A stretch of DNA of 64,000 nucleotides from Octopus bimaculoides. Lineage: Eukaryota. A program made the translations under genes and the position numbers. The notes beneath the pieces were generated by a model. That model was given only the letters and a program-made list of their open reading frames with translations. It searched no databases and was not told the origin of the DNA. The stretch lies in assembly GCF_001194135.2 (NCBI RefSeq), contig NC_069006.1:22168109-22232108 (forward strand), read 5' to 3'. Positions 12,308 through 24,600 of the stretch are shown piece after piece; the first letter of the stretch is position 1; each line of letters begins with the position of its first letter.

Positions 12308-12495
12308 GTTGGTGAGAATTGTTAGCACGCTGGACAAAATGCTCAGCAGAATTTCTTTTGGTTTTACATTCTGAGTTCAAATTCCACCAAAGTTGATTTG
12401 GCCTTTTATCTTTTTAGTGTCAATAAAATAAGTACCAGTCAAACTCTGAGGTCAATGTAATCAATTGGCTCCTTTGTGCCTATAGTAGAAAAATA
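12308..12495 (+). mobile_element. SINE family B
   Basis: gttggtgagaattgttagcacgctggacaaaatgctcagc...ttctgagttcaaattcc...aataagtaccag. Confidence 0.8.
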
Positions 12496-12952
12496 TTATC
12501 AATCTATTGAATTTACAGAGTGACTCAAGGGCTGAGTGTTTTGTGATTAGTGCCAATGCACCAAAATCTTGACCCATGATTCACTCAGCAACTTCAGCTG
12601 ATTAATAATAAAGAGATTATATAAAAGCTAATTGTTTTATTAAATATTTTCAAATTGTTGATTATATTCCAACTGAATTAAAACATATGGGCAGTGTAAT
12701 TAATTAAAATATATAGTCATAGAATTGTTAAGACAGAGAATATTAAACACTTAACAAGAGAAAATGTTTGTGCTGAGGTAAAAATCAATATTAGTTTTTA
12801 GCTTGTATTTTTTTCCTTCTTGGGAGAATTCTGTATGTCACTATTAGCCATTGACATGTTATTTATTCTATTAGCAAGTCTAACAGACAATTCCAGATGC
12901 ATTTCTGTCTTATTAGACCTCTTCAACAAAACCCAGACTTGACTTTATTTGT

Positions 12953-12968
12953 TGAAAGAAGCCTGTCG

Positions 12969-13029
<61 letters not shown>

Positions 13030-13226
13030 GTGTCCATATTTGTGCATCTGTGTTTGTCCCCCAACATCTCTTGACAACCGATGCTGGTGTGTTTATGTTC
13101 CCATAACTTAGTGGTTTGGCAAAAGAGACCAAGAGAATAAGTCCTGGGGTCGATTTGTTCGACTAAAGGTGGTGCTCCAGCATGGTCGCTGTCAAATGAC
13201 TGAAGCAAATAAAAGAGTAAAAGAGT
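12953..13226 (+). mobile_element. SINE family A, 3' part with long internal (TG)n
   Basis: gaaagaagcctgtcg(TA)(TG)n...gtcgatttgttcgactaaaggtggtgctccagcatgg...aaaagagtaaaagag. Confidence 0.85.
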
Positions 13227-14136
13227 ATGTACAAAATAGCGTAGAGCTGGAAGACAGTGTCCCAATATAAATATCTGGTCAAGAATGAACCATTTCAACA
13301 TACCTTTACAAGTATTTAGTGATTGTTTTCTGGACATTCTAAAAGCTTTTGAAAACCTATTTTGGTTTAACTTTCATGAGAATGGCTCTATTGGCTGAAT
13401 TCTAACTCAGGGCATGACTGAGTACTTTGAAATAGTTATATTTATGCTCTACTGATTTTGTTCACCCATCACTTTTTCTCTCCTAAGCAATCCTAAACAA
13501 CCAGGTTGTTGTTTAACCCTCTCCTTCTTGGTCTATGCTAAGATATATTATCTTAGATAAGATATATATATATATATATATCTTAGCCAGTCTATGCTAA
13601 GCTATATTATCCCAATGTGCCCTGTGATGTTATCATTATTTAGCCCAATCAGTTTTTGTATCTTCCAAATAGAGTAGATCTAGAAGATACTGTCCAATAT
13701 TAATACCTGGTCAAAATGAAACATTTCAATTTATGCTTACAGGTACATAGTGATTTTTTCCTGGGCATTCTAAAAATTTTTGAAAACCTCTATTGGTTTA
13801 ACTTTCATGAGAATAGCCTACTCGTTGGCACAGAAGCACAGAAATGGTCTGAGAATTAAATTAGTCTCAGAAGCCATCTGCATGAAAAGACAATAATTAA
13901 GTTAGTATTAACATATTTCATGAAGGCATCACTAAATAAGCTAAGTAGAGATAATTATGCAGCAAAGAAAAAGACTCATTATTTGTCATTCTTGCCCCCC
14001 ACCATCACACACATCAAAAAAAGTGAATGGCTTAACAAAGACTCACAATACACAATACTGTCTAATCTACAGCTGCATTATCACACCTCTTTCTCACTCT
14101 CTTTCTAATTATTCTACAGTCAGTTGCATACATAGG

Positions 14137-14500
14137 CACAAGCATGGCTGTGTGGTTAAAGGCTCACCTTGAAATTATGTGGTTTTGGGTTCAGCTCCAT
14201 TGTGCAACACCTTGGGCAAGTGTCTTCTACACTTTCCTCGGGTTGACCAATGCCTTATGAGTAAATTTGGAAGGCAGGAACTGTAGAGAAGCTTGTTGTA
14301 TATGTGTATATGTGTCTTTGTGCCCAACAACCACCACTTGACAACCAATATTTGTTTGTTTATGTCTTCATAACTAAGCAGTTCAGCAAAAGACAATGGT
14401 TAACTTAAAAATAAGTACTGGGGTCGATTTGTTTGACTTAAACTCTTCAAGGTAGTGCCCCAGCATGACAATAATCCAATGACTGAAAGGATAAGAGGAT
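14137..14500 (+). mobile_element. SINE family A, full length
   Basis: Head gcatggctgtgtggttaaagg, body caccttgggcaagtgtcttctac, tail ggtagtgccccagcatg. Confidence 0.85.
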
Positions 14501-14692
14501 AAAAGATACCATCTTAATCCAGACCTAACCAACATAGTAATTGTCTCTTCTCCTCTCATTATCCTATTGTGTCTCATCACCCTTTCAAACCACAATATTG
14601 ACAACTTCACTCAATCCTTCCCTCCAGTGACAGTAATCTATTCCCCTGAAATTCTCTCCCTCACCATGATTTTCTTGCAGGTATTGACTTAC

Positions 14693-14697
14693 AGCCG
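14693..14697 (-). other. Candidate 5-nt microexon (CGGCT)
   Basis: Minus strand: tgctttttttaatgttgtttatgttctgcttcag|CGGCT|gtaagt. Consensus donor, UGC motifs upstream, and a CpG retained in a CpG-poor region. Confidence 0.35.
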
Positions 14698-14799
14698 CTG
14701 AAGCAGAACATAAACAACATTAAAAAAAGCATGTAAATATTGGGTTTTTTTATGTCTAATATTTACATGCTATTATCTATAGCTTTAGCTAATGTATTG

Positions 14800-15220
14800 A
14801 GCAGGCATAACCATTAGCACATTAGACAAATTGCTAAGTAGCATTTCTTCCAGTTTTATGTTCCGAATTCAAATTCTGGCTAAGTTAACTTTGCCTTTCA
14901 TTCTTTCAAGGTTAATAAAATGATTAACAGTCCAAATTCCACTGGAACCGACTTTGCCTTTCATCCTTTCAAGGTCAATAAGATAAGTCTCAAACAAGTA
15001 CTGGAAGAGATGCAATCAACCTGCCTCCCTTCCCTCAAAATTGTTGGCCTCATATTAAAATTTGAAATAATTATTATATATGAGGTCAACTGTGCTTTTC
15101 AACCTTTCAGGGTCAATAAACTAAGTGCCAATCATGCACTAGGGACAATGCAATCAAGTAGCCTGCCCTCACACCAAAATTTCAGGCCATGCACCTATAG
15201 GAGAAGGATTTATTTGTAGC
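14800..15220 (+). mobile_element. Three tandem partial SINE family B copies
   Basis: The core ttgcctttcatcctttcaaggtcaataa recurs at about 14890, 14955 and 15095. Confidence 0.75.
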
Positions 15221-16249
15221 TTTATTTATATTCTCTCAAAGTTTCTAAATTCTTATGATGTAAACAACAAACAACATTGATTTTCCCAGTCTTGGAGGAT
15301 TTTTAAAGTTATGTACACTACTTCTTTTTCCTCACTAGAACATAGAAAAACATAAAACTGGTTTGCAAAAGCACAAGTTGTTCCTAATGGTACTGAATTT
15401 TCATTAGACACCACGTATTGATGTAAAATAAGCAAATAGAAGTAAGGCATGATAGAGAAGATACAAGCTTCATCAGCAGACACAACAGGACAGGCTATAA
15501 AATTAATAATATAAAGGTAGTGGGGGTGCCATCTGTTGGACACTCCTTTACTGATAAAAATCTACCCTCTAGCTAATGTTAATTCTAAAGTTTTTCTTTT
15601 ACTTCTTCAACAATTACTGCAACATTTTCTGCTCTGTAAAATTTTCTGGCACCATTCCAATACTGTTCAAAGCATCACATTGATGTTGTCATGTTTTCTT
15701 ATCTAAAGCAGCACCTCTTTGAAATTTTCTTCAACCCACTCCCTTTTCCAATACCAAACCAACAGACACATGAAGGAGAAATATATTAATCATATCAATT
15801 TTATTCCTCTTCCACACTGCTTACCATTTTATTTTCCTTCATAGTTCTTTTGCTGTCTGTATATATTTTCTCATTCTTCAGTAGACAACCACAATAACCA
15901 CTTTCAAAGGAAAAAATATTTTTTTAGCCTTCTGAAAATTTTTTATCGGGTAGCTAGATTAGGCCACTTTACTTGTCTAATCAAAGGAGAATAGGTTCAA
16001 TTAATTGACTATATATGAACCCTTTATAGTCAGACAAAAATAAAACCAGAATATGCTACAGAATTTTCAGAACAAGCATGAAATCTGATAGACAGCATTG
16101 TTCCATTATGGTTATCTATAACTATTTGGTTGTGATGAACCAAAGAAAGAACTTGTGATTGTTGATGGGAATTATTACTCTCAATGAAATACTAAGGGAA
16201 GAAAAGTTGTTTTAAGGGTTCAGAAATGATCATTTGATAGTAGATAGGT

Positions 16250-16415
16250 GTAGGCATAGCTGTGTGGTTAAGAAACTAGCTTTCCAACAATCTGGTTTTG
16301 GGTTCAGTTCTACTGTGCAGCACCTTGGGCAAGTGTTTTCTACTACAGCCCTAGGTTGGTCAATGCCTCGTGAGTGAATTTGGTAGAGAGAAACTGTGTG
16401 GAAGACTGTTGTGTG
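16250..16415 (+). mobile_element. SINE family A, 5' half
   Basis: gtaggcatagctgtgtggttaagaaac...caccttgggcaagtg...gtgagtgaatttggtagagagaaac. Confidence 0.85.
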
Positions 16416-16419
16416 TAAT

Positions 16420-16460
<41 letters not shown>

Positions 16461-17226
16461 TGTGTGTGAGTCTCTCTTATGCCAAGGGCAGAAGAGAGAG
16501 AGAGAAAAAAATTCATACGATATATATATATATATGCATTCATTTATTTCACTTTTATTCAGTTCACACTCCACACACACTCATACTAAAATGTGATTTT
16601 GATTGAAATAAAAATCAAAAAAAAATAATAACAATTAATAAATAAAATAAAGATGAAACAAACATAAATATAAAAATTTTGAAAAAGATTTTTAAAATAT
16701 CCATAATCATTGAACTTTTTTAATTAATCATACAGCAAATATATGAGACATTTTTAAATTGCAAGCTTCTATCTAATGAAACACAAATGAATATTTTTAT
16801 GTTTAGAATTATTATTTAAGAGGGGCAACAAGGAGGAAGAAAATAAAGGCATTTTCAAAATAGATTGCCTATTGAGTCCACTCCCCTTTTAAGCTTCTCT
16901 TTTATTATTATTATTATTATATATTTTTTTCATTTTACCTTAATTTCTTAATGGATTTAGATGGATTTTATGATATAATTTTGAAAAGTATGCATTATTT
17001 TAGGCTTTGATAAACTACTTAAAAACTAGTATTTGACAACTACCTTTAACTAAAGAGATTATTTATAAAAATGTTATCTAGTTGTGCAAATTATAAAATA
17101 TATTCAATAAAATACATTGAAATTTAATTAAAAATATTTTTTCATTATTAAAACTGAATTGCTTTTGATAATTCTCAATGATAAAAATTCATAGAGCATA
17201 TTTCTGTATCATTTATAAATCAACCT

Positions 17227-17420
17227 GATGATGGTGGTGATGATGGTAGCAGAGGTGGTGATGGCGGTGATTGTGGTAGTACTAGTAGTGGTGGTGATGA
17301 TCATGGTGGTGGTGGTAGTAATGGTGTTGATGATAGCGTTGATACTAGTTGTGATAGTTATGGTGCTGGTAGCGGTGGTAGTGGTACTTGTAGTGGTGGT
17401 AATAGTGGTGATGATGATGT
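17227..17420. repeat. Degenerate (GTG/ATG/GTA)n repeat
   Basis: Direct reading; explains the Val/Met-rich ORF 17228-17443. Confidence 0.85.
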
Positions 17421-17576
17421 TTAATTCAACTAACTTACTTTAAAATTAAAATGTACAGACTAATTTTGTTTTATATATATTTATTTATTCCTCTTACTTG
17501 AGTCAATGTTGAATTGCGACAGTGGTTTCCCAGTGTAGTAAGTCTGTCAACTAACCAGATTTCAAAATGTTCATAA

Positions 17577-17830
17577 GCACAGGTGTAACTGTGTGGTTAA
17601 GACGCTTGCTTCCCAACCATGTGAAGTTGGGCTCTATCCCACTGTATGGCACCTTGGGCAAATGTCTTCCCTTATAGCTCTGGGCCGACCAAAGTCTTGT
17701 GAGTGGATTTGGTAGATGGATACTGAAAGAAGCCTGTCATATACCTGTGTACATATATATATATGTGCATCTTTGTATTTGTCCCCCAACACCACTTGTC
17801 AACTGGTGTTGGTTTGTTTACATTTCATCA
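17577..17830 (+). mobile_element. SINE family A
   Basis: Head, body and internal microsatellite match the family. Confidence 0.8.
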
Positions 17831-18484
17831 ACTAAACAATTGAAGGAGTGCCCCAACATGGCTGCATTCCATGTAAAGGAACATGTATCTTTGTAGTATT
17901 TTGTAGTATTTTGCAGAACAACCTTCACAGATAATTTGTTTATGGTGACCAAATGTTTGTATTGTACAACAGAACACTTCCTCCATCAATTCAACATCAC
18001 CTATAAAGACACACAGATTTTTTGTATCATCTGTCTGGATGTTTTGTTGTCCCTTTTTTGTATAATCTAACTGTCTGGATGTTTTGCGTTCTTGTCCCAT
18101 TCTTGGTATTCCTTTATTTATTTATATATATATATATATGGTGGTGGTTGTCTACTCTTTAGAGTTTGACCACCTCCTGCACCTACACCTTAGCCCTTTC
18201 ATGGCGTCTGATGTGGCTTTTTATATATATATATATATACACACACACACATACATAGAGACAGGGGGAGAAAGGGGGAAAGAGAGAGCTAAATATGTAT
18301 ATATAGATATAATTGTTTAAATTTATATGTACACATACACACACATAAACACAGGCGCTCATAGTCTTTCAATGATGAGTGTTCATTCTAAAAATAAATA
18401 ATCACATCATGGAAATCTTGAAGCTATGAGATAATGCATAACATTTGATAGAGTAATCTGAAAACCAAAGGATTGACCCCTTAA

Positions 18485-18697
18485 CCATTTAAAACAGCTA
18501 CATCTGGCCCAAATATTCTACCTGTTTTATGTTCAAACTAACCAGATTCAACATCTCACACCAACTTTACAATACCATTTTAAAACTAAACAATTACATC
18601 ATCAAAATCCCAAAGCTATGAGACAATGCATGATTAATTCAAAACAATGTGAATAAATAAGCATTACATTTGACAGAAGAATCCGAATGCTAAAGGG
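18485..18697 (+). mobile_element. piggyBac-type MITE between TTAA sites
   Basis: TTAA at 18481-18484 and 18698-18701; right end aatgctaaaggg. A partial copy lies at 18380-18475 and an inverted one at 21021-21114. Confidence 0.7.
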
Positions 18698-19104
18698 TTA
18701 AACTAATCAATAGAGAGAGAGAGAAGCAATATTTCTCTGTTTATTATTTCTCCACATACTAAAAAAAAAAGGACAATCTCAGTAAAAAGCATTTACAGCA
18801 TTGTGATGATATATCTTTAACAGAATCAAGTGAAATCAACTGAATCACTAACTGAATTTTTACATAAGTGAAAGCGCAAATCAATTAGAATTTTAGTGGT
18901 AATTAGAAATAATTTCCATAATATTTGGTATTGAAAAACAGAGAATAAGTCTCTAGACAACAATTCACGAGGAAATTTTTGAAATAAAATTACTTATACA
19001 AAGACTTCATAGTAATTTGTAATTTATTTATTTTTCTTTCACAATCTATGCTAATGAATTAGGAGTCATTTTTCCATAATATACACATGCATATATATAT
19101 GTAA

Positions 19105-19143
<39 letters not shown>

Positions 19144-19524
19144 AACATATATACATATTTATATGCATACATGTATATATACATCTACACATGCATACAT
19201 ATACACATCCATACAGCGACAATCATAGACATACATACATCCACAATTATACACACACACATATATGGTAGAATAAAAACTAAATGTAAATATAAGATGG
19301 TAAATATAAAATATTTCTTTCAGTAATTAGTTAAATATGATCGTTTTATTTATAAGCTTAGTAGATATTAAATTAAACATAAGCAATTATTTAAATATTT
19401 AAATATCCTATCTAAATACCTACAAAGCAGATGTAAGCTAATATATACACATACATATATCAAATGGCTAACAACTTTTCCACAATGTGTATATAGTGTT
19501 GCATATATATCTTATTGTTAGTTT

Positions 19525-19925
19525 TTATCTTTTACTTGTTCCATCACTGAACTTCAGCTTTGCTGGGGCACCACCTTAAAGGGTTTAAGTTAAGCAAATT
19601 GACCCCAGTACTTATTTTTGTTTTAGGTCTCGTACTTATCCTATCAGTTTCTTTTGCTGAACTGCTAAGATGTAGGACTGTAAAAAAACCAACACCAATT
19701 GTCAAGCAGTGGTGGGGGGCAAGCACACACGCACACACACGCATTTTTATAGATACATATACACAACAAACTTCTTTAAGTTTCAGTCTACCAAATCTGC
19801 TCACAAAGCTTGGTTGGCCTGGGGCTATAGCAGAAGACACTTTCCCAAGTTGCCACACAATGGGACTGAACCCAAAACAATGTTGTAGGGAAGCAAACTT
19901 CTTACCATACAGCCATACCTGCACC
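19525..19925 (-). mobile_element. SINE family A, full length
   Basis: Reverse orientation, tail to head (cttaccatacagccatacctgc). Confidence 0.9.
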
Positions 19926-19929
19926 TATA

Positions 19930-19965
<36 letters not shown>

Positions 19966-20344
19966 GTATATTTATATAAATGGATGCCACTTTATCACAC
20001 AGTTACACTTTAGCATGCAGTCCAACCATAACCCAGATCAGGTCATTTCATAACTGAGACTATGGATACTGTTGTAGACCACAAAGTAAAGTAGCACACA
20101 CACACACACACACACAAATATATATTCTTTTCTTTAAATAAATAGGATAATTTATTGTAGTAGTACTTGATAATGAGACAATTATCAGAATTTTTAACAA
20201 TGGAAAACAAAGATAGCTAATGAAGTAACAACAACAAAAAAATCAATTTGTGTAAAAAAAAAAATTTTTTTTAATATATACAATACATAAAATGTTGGAT
20301 TCTTTAATAAATTTGCAAACATAATTAGAGAGTGGCAGTAGTAG

Positions 20345-20860
20345 GAGGGGAAAATTGGCAGTCTGGCAATTTTGTTACAGCACTGGACAAAATGCTTAGT
20401 GACATTATCAGGGTCAAAAAAATTAAGTATAAGTCAAATACTAGAGTCGATATAATTAAGTTGTGCCCTCCCTACAAAATTACCGATCTTTAATCCTGAA
20501 ATGAGACAGTATTCAGTTCAGGGCATTTCTTGTGAATCTTGGTCACTTATACATCATGGAAACTATATAACTGGCCCTATGTATCCTAGGGATCAAGGAA
20601 AGTAATTGAAAAAATAATGAGAGGGGGATTTTGGTGGGGAAGATTGATAGTATTGTTAGAGTGTTGGACAATATGTTTAGCTGCATTTCTTCTAGATCTT
20701 TTACATTCTGACTTCAAATCCCTCTGAGGGCAATGTTGCCTTTCATTCTTTCAAGGTTGATAAAATAAAGTACCAGTCAAGTACTGGGGGGGGGGGTTAA
20801 TGTATTCAATTTATCCCCCACTCCTCCCTCAAAAATGGTTGGCCATGAACCCTGAAATAA
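20345..20860 (+). mobile_element. Two SINE family B copies (about 20345-20520 and 20640-20860)
   Basis: ctggacaaaatgcttag and ttctgacttcaaatcc...gcctttcattctttcaaggttgataaaataaagtaccag. Confidence 0.7.
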
Positions 20861-21020
20861 ACTGGCATCTTGTTCAGAGAAAGTGTTACAATTTTAGTCA
20901 TTTATACATCATAAAAACGATGTAGGTGCCCTTATGAGTCCTCAGACACAAGAAAAATAAGAAATAAGAAAATAGAAAATCTCAGAGCTTTGGGATTGTT
21001 TATTTTTAGAATTACATTTA

Positions 21021-21114
21021 GTGTAGGTGCGAGAAGCCAGATCTGGCAGATTTGAACATATAACAGGTAGAATATTTGGGTTGGAAATAGCTGATTTAAA
21101 TGCTAAAGCATTAA
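21021..21114 (-). mobile_element. piggyBac-type MITE, 5' half (same family as 18485)
   Basis: Reverse complement ctttagcatttaaatcagctatttccaacccaaatattctacctg matches the 18.5 kb copy. Confidence 0.7.
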
Positions 21115-21696
21115 AGAAACCAGACTGATTTTGGTGGTGGTGGTGGTGGTGGAGGGAGATTTAGTTGCTACTTTTAGCAGATTGATCAAACTATAAAGCG
21201 ATTTCCTTACAGATTCAACCAACAGTAATATACTGAGTTTGGTTTAGTACAATACAATCACTTGTAAATCTTATTCTTACTAAACTTTAGCTCTGGTTAA
21301 AAAACAGCAAAAAAACCAATAACCAAATATAACAAACCTTGACGAAATTTATAAGGAAAGATGTTTCATTAACATCTAGATTAATTAAATGGATGACAGA
21401 AATAAATAGTGTAAGTAATTAATTAGGGAAAACTGTTTTTGACGAAGAAAAAACAGAGAGAAAAGAAGAAATAAGTATGATATAACACAGAAGCATTTTT
21501 TAAAGCTGGTTATTAATTAAGTCACTATAGATTTATTTAGGTTGTTTTTTTTTATTTCTATATCAACATCACAGCTTTCTTTCATCAATATAGCTTTCTG
21601 TATTTATTTGAAAGCTGATTAATATTATGATTTTCTAAGACATTGATCTGATCTCACTATTATTAACTTCTCTTTCTTTTTTCATTAGAAATGAAA

Positions 21697-21830
21697 GGCG
21701 TGTGGCATAGTTGGTTAGGGTGTTGCTCTCATGATCACAAGATCATGGTTTTGATTTCTGGACCAAGTGGTGCATTGTATTCTTGAGCAAAATACTTCAT
21801 TCATGTTGCTCCAGTTCACTCGGCTGTGTA
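21697..21830 (+). mobile_element. SINE family C (tRNA head plus gtgtccttgagcaag-type central domain), partial
   Basis: ggcgtgtggcatagttggttagggtg...ttcttgagcaaaatacttc...gttgctccagttcactcggctg; another partial copy at about 21950-22050. Confidence 0.7.
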
Positions 21831-22072
21831 ACACTTGAAAGATTTGCCTCCTGATCAAGTGGAATGTTGTGATCTTCATCACTTATAAGCCATGGAAACT
21901 GAGTAACTGACTCTTACAAGTTCAAGTACTTGGGACAGTAATGTCTGGGGGTTGATGACTTGGATGAAGATTCCAAGATCCTGGTTTCAATTCCTACAGA
22001 GGGCAGTGCTTTGTGTTCTTGAACAAAACACTATTTCATGTTGCTCCAGTTCATTGTCATATATATGCATAA

Positions 22073-22115
<43 letters not shown>

Positions 22116-22139
22116 AGTTACCTACCACTACTTCTTAAA

Positions 22140-22169
22140 AACCCATGTTGGTTTGTATATGTTTTCATA

Positions 22170-22209
<40 letters not shown>

Positions 22210-22365
22210 TTTTGTTTGTTTGTCCCTTATCACTGATTAACAACCAGTGTTGGTTTGTTTATGTTCCCCATAATAAAGTGGATCACCAAAAAAGCCTGAC
22301 AGAGTAAGTACCAAGCTAAAAATGAAGTACTGGAGTCAGTTGATCTGTTTAACTAAAACTTTTCA
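22140..22365 (+). mobile_element. SINE family A, 3' part, ending at an N-gap
   Basis: aaccagtgttggtttgtttatgttccccata...gtactggagtcagttgatctgtttaactaaaa. Confidence 0.7.
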
Positions 22366-23060
22366 NNNNNNNNNNNNNNNNNNNNNNNNNNNNNNNNNNN
22401 NNNNNNNNNNNNNNNNNNNNNNNNNNNNNNNNNNNNNNNNNNNNNNNNNNNNNNNNNNNNNNNNNNNNNNNNNNNNNNNNNNNNNNNNNNNNNNNNNNNN
22501 NNNNNNNNNNNNNNNNNNNNNNNNNNNNNNNNNNNNNNNNNNNNNNNNNNNNNNNNNNNNNNNNNNNNNNNNNNNNNNNNNNNNNNNNNNNNNNNNNNNN
22601 NNNNNNNNNNNNNNNNNNNNNNNNNNNNNNNNNNNNNNNNNNNNNNNNNNNNNNNNNNNNNNNNNNNNNNNNNNNNNNNNNNNNNNNNNNNNNNNNNNNN
22701 NNNNNNNNNNNNNNNNNNNNNNNNNNNNNNNNNNNNNNNNNNNNNNNNNNNNNNNNNNNNNNNNNNNNNNNNNNNNNNNNNNNNNNNNNNNNNNNNNNNN
22801 NNNNNNNNNNNNNNNNNNNNNNNNNNNNNNNNNNNNNNNNNNNNNNNNNNNNNNNNNNNNNNNNNNNNNNNNNNNNNNNNNNNNNNNNNNNNNNNNNNNN
22901 NNNNNNNNNNNNNNNNNNNNNNNNNNNNNNACGTTCAGACCCTTCATACAGCTGCACCTAGAATAAGTGTCTTTTACTATAGCCATGGGCTGACCAATGC
23001 CTTATGAGTGAATTTTGTAGATGGAAACTGTGTGGAAGCCCATCATATATATATATATAT

Positions 23061-23465
23061 TCGAAGGTAAGTCAAAAATTGAATGCACTCTTGCTTCTGT
23101 AATTTATTAAAACACAAGCAGAGGTTGAGCAATAACATTATTTTTTGACAGTCTTCATGCTTTTCAATGCACTTCTTCCGGCAGTCCATAAGCGTGCCTA
23201 ATCCATTGGAGAAGAAAGTTTCCAGCTTGTCACACAGTCATTTATGCACCACTTCTTGCACTTCTTGATCCATAACAAACCGATGACTTCATAAAGGATG
23301 TTTGAATGGTCCAAAGAGGTGATAGTTGGAAGAGGCGAGACCTGGATTGTATGCAGGATGTTCCAAGAATTCAAAATCCAATTGTTCAATGGTCTCAACT
23401 ATGTAGGAGACCATATGTGGACATGCATTGTCATCAAACGATAACACTTGCTTTGACAATATCTT
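23061..23465 (-). pseudogene. Mariner-type transposase C-terminal remnant with its 3' TIR
   Basis: Minus 23459-23141: DDNACPHM...LDFEFLEHPAYNPGLASSNYHLFGPFKHPL*SHRF..DQEVQEVVHK*L...FFSNG...KKCIEK. This matches mariner HDNARPH, HPAYSPDLAPSDYHLF and KKCIE motifs. TIR CGAAGGTAAGTCAAAAA at about 23062. Confidence 0.9.
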
Positions 23466-24224
23466 GTAGACAATTAAGTAGACAGAAACTGTGAAAGAGG
23501 GAGACTGATGAAAATACTGTAACTGTCAATAGGGTCAGTCTATCTATCCAGTACCAGTAGTACTGTGACAGTGTGTGGCTCAATCATTTGGGTGCAGCAC
23601 TCATTAATTGAACAGGACTGACATAAACTTACCCTCTCATTGTACACAGAGTTAAATATGACTATATTAGAAGACACTCAAAGTACCACACAGTGGGACT
23701 GAACCTGAAACCATGTGGTTGGGAAGCAAACTTCCTACCACACACACATACCTGTAATATATATTATTATGTTTGTCATATAAATTTGAGAGGATTATCA
23801 AGCTAAACAACATTTCTTCAGATTATTTCTTTTGGTTAACTGTACTTATCACTGGCTTGATAATGTCTAATATTGCTTTAAATCATAGAGTCACTGACGT
23901 CAATTGCTATTTATCATGCGTCACAGAGATCTACTTACAAGTTCTCTTGAAAGAATGTAGACATGTGTCAGCATGTTGAAATAATTTCAAATGTTTCATT
24001 TAGGATTGGCAAATGGTTTGAAAATTTTCTATAATTCTAAGGACACTGTTATACTTAGATCCATTCTTAAACACCAGTGCTTTATCTTTCACCCCTTCAC
24101 TCTCATAACATGAGTGACCTCTTAGTGACCTTAATCTTAAAGAATTATACACAAGATGATTCAAAAGTCCCTTTGGTATGATATAAACTGTGCCTATAAT
24201 ATATGCACAGGTGGTTAAGAAGGT

Positions 24225-24371
24225 TAGCAGTGTGGTTCAGAAGCTTACTTCCTTAGCATGTGGCCTTGATCCCACTGCACAGCACCTTAGGTAAGTGTCT
24301 TCTACTATAGCCCTGGGCCAACTGAAGCTTTGTGAGTTGAATTGATAGATGGAAACTGAAAGAAGCTTGTC

Positions 24372-24380
<9 letters not shown>
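24225..24380 (+). mobile_element. SINE family A, 5' half
   Basis: gtgtggttcagaagcttacttcc...gcaccttaggtaagtgtcttctactatagccctgggcc. Confidence 0.8.
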
Positions 24381-24402
<22 letters not shown>

Positions 24403-24429
24403 TACTTTTAACTTGACATAATGTGATTT

Positions 24430-24600
24430 TTGTAAACAATCATCACCATCATACAAACAATGTTGTTCATTTCCAGTCTTCCAAGGAAATATACCTGGTC
24501 ATGGAGAAATATTACTTTGCTTGGAAATAGGTGAGTGTTGGTAACAGGAAGGGCATGCAGCTGCAGGATTAACTGTATGATGGAGACACTCATTTACAAA
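24430..24600 (+). mobile_element. SINE family D fragment
   Basis: tttccagtcttcc...aatattactttgcttggaaataggtgagtgttggtaacaggaagggcat. Confidence 0.6.
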
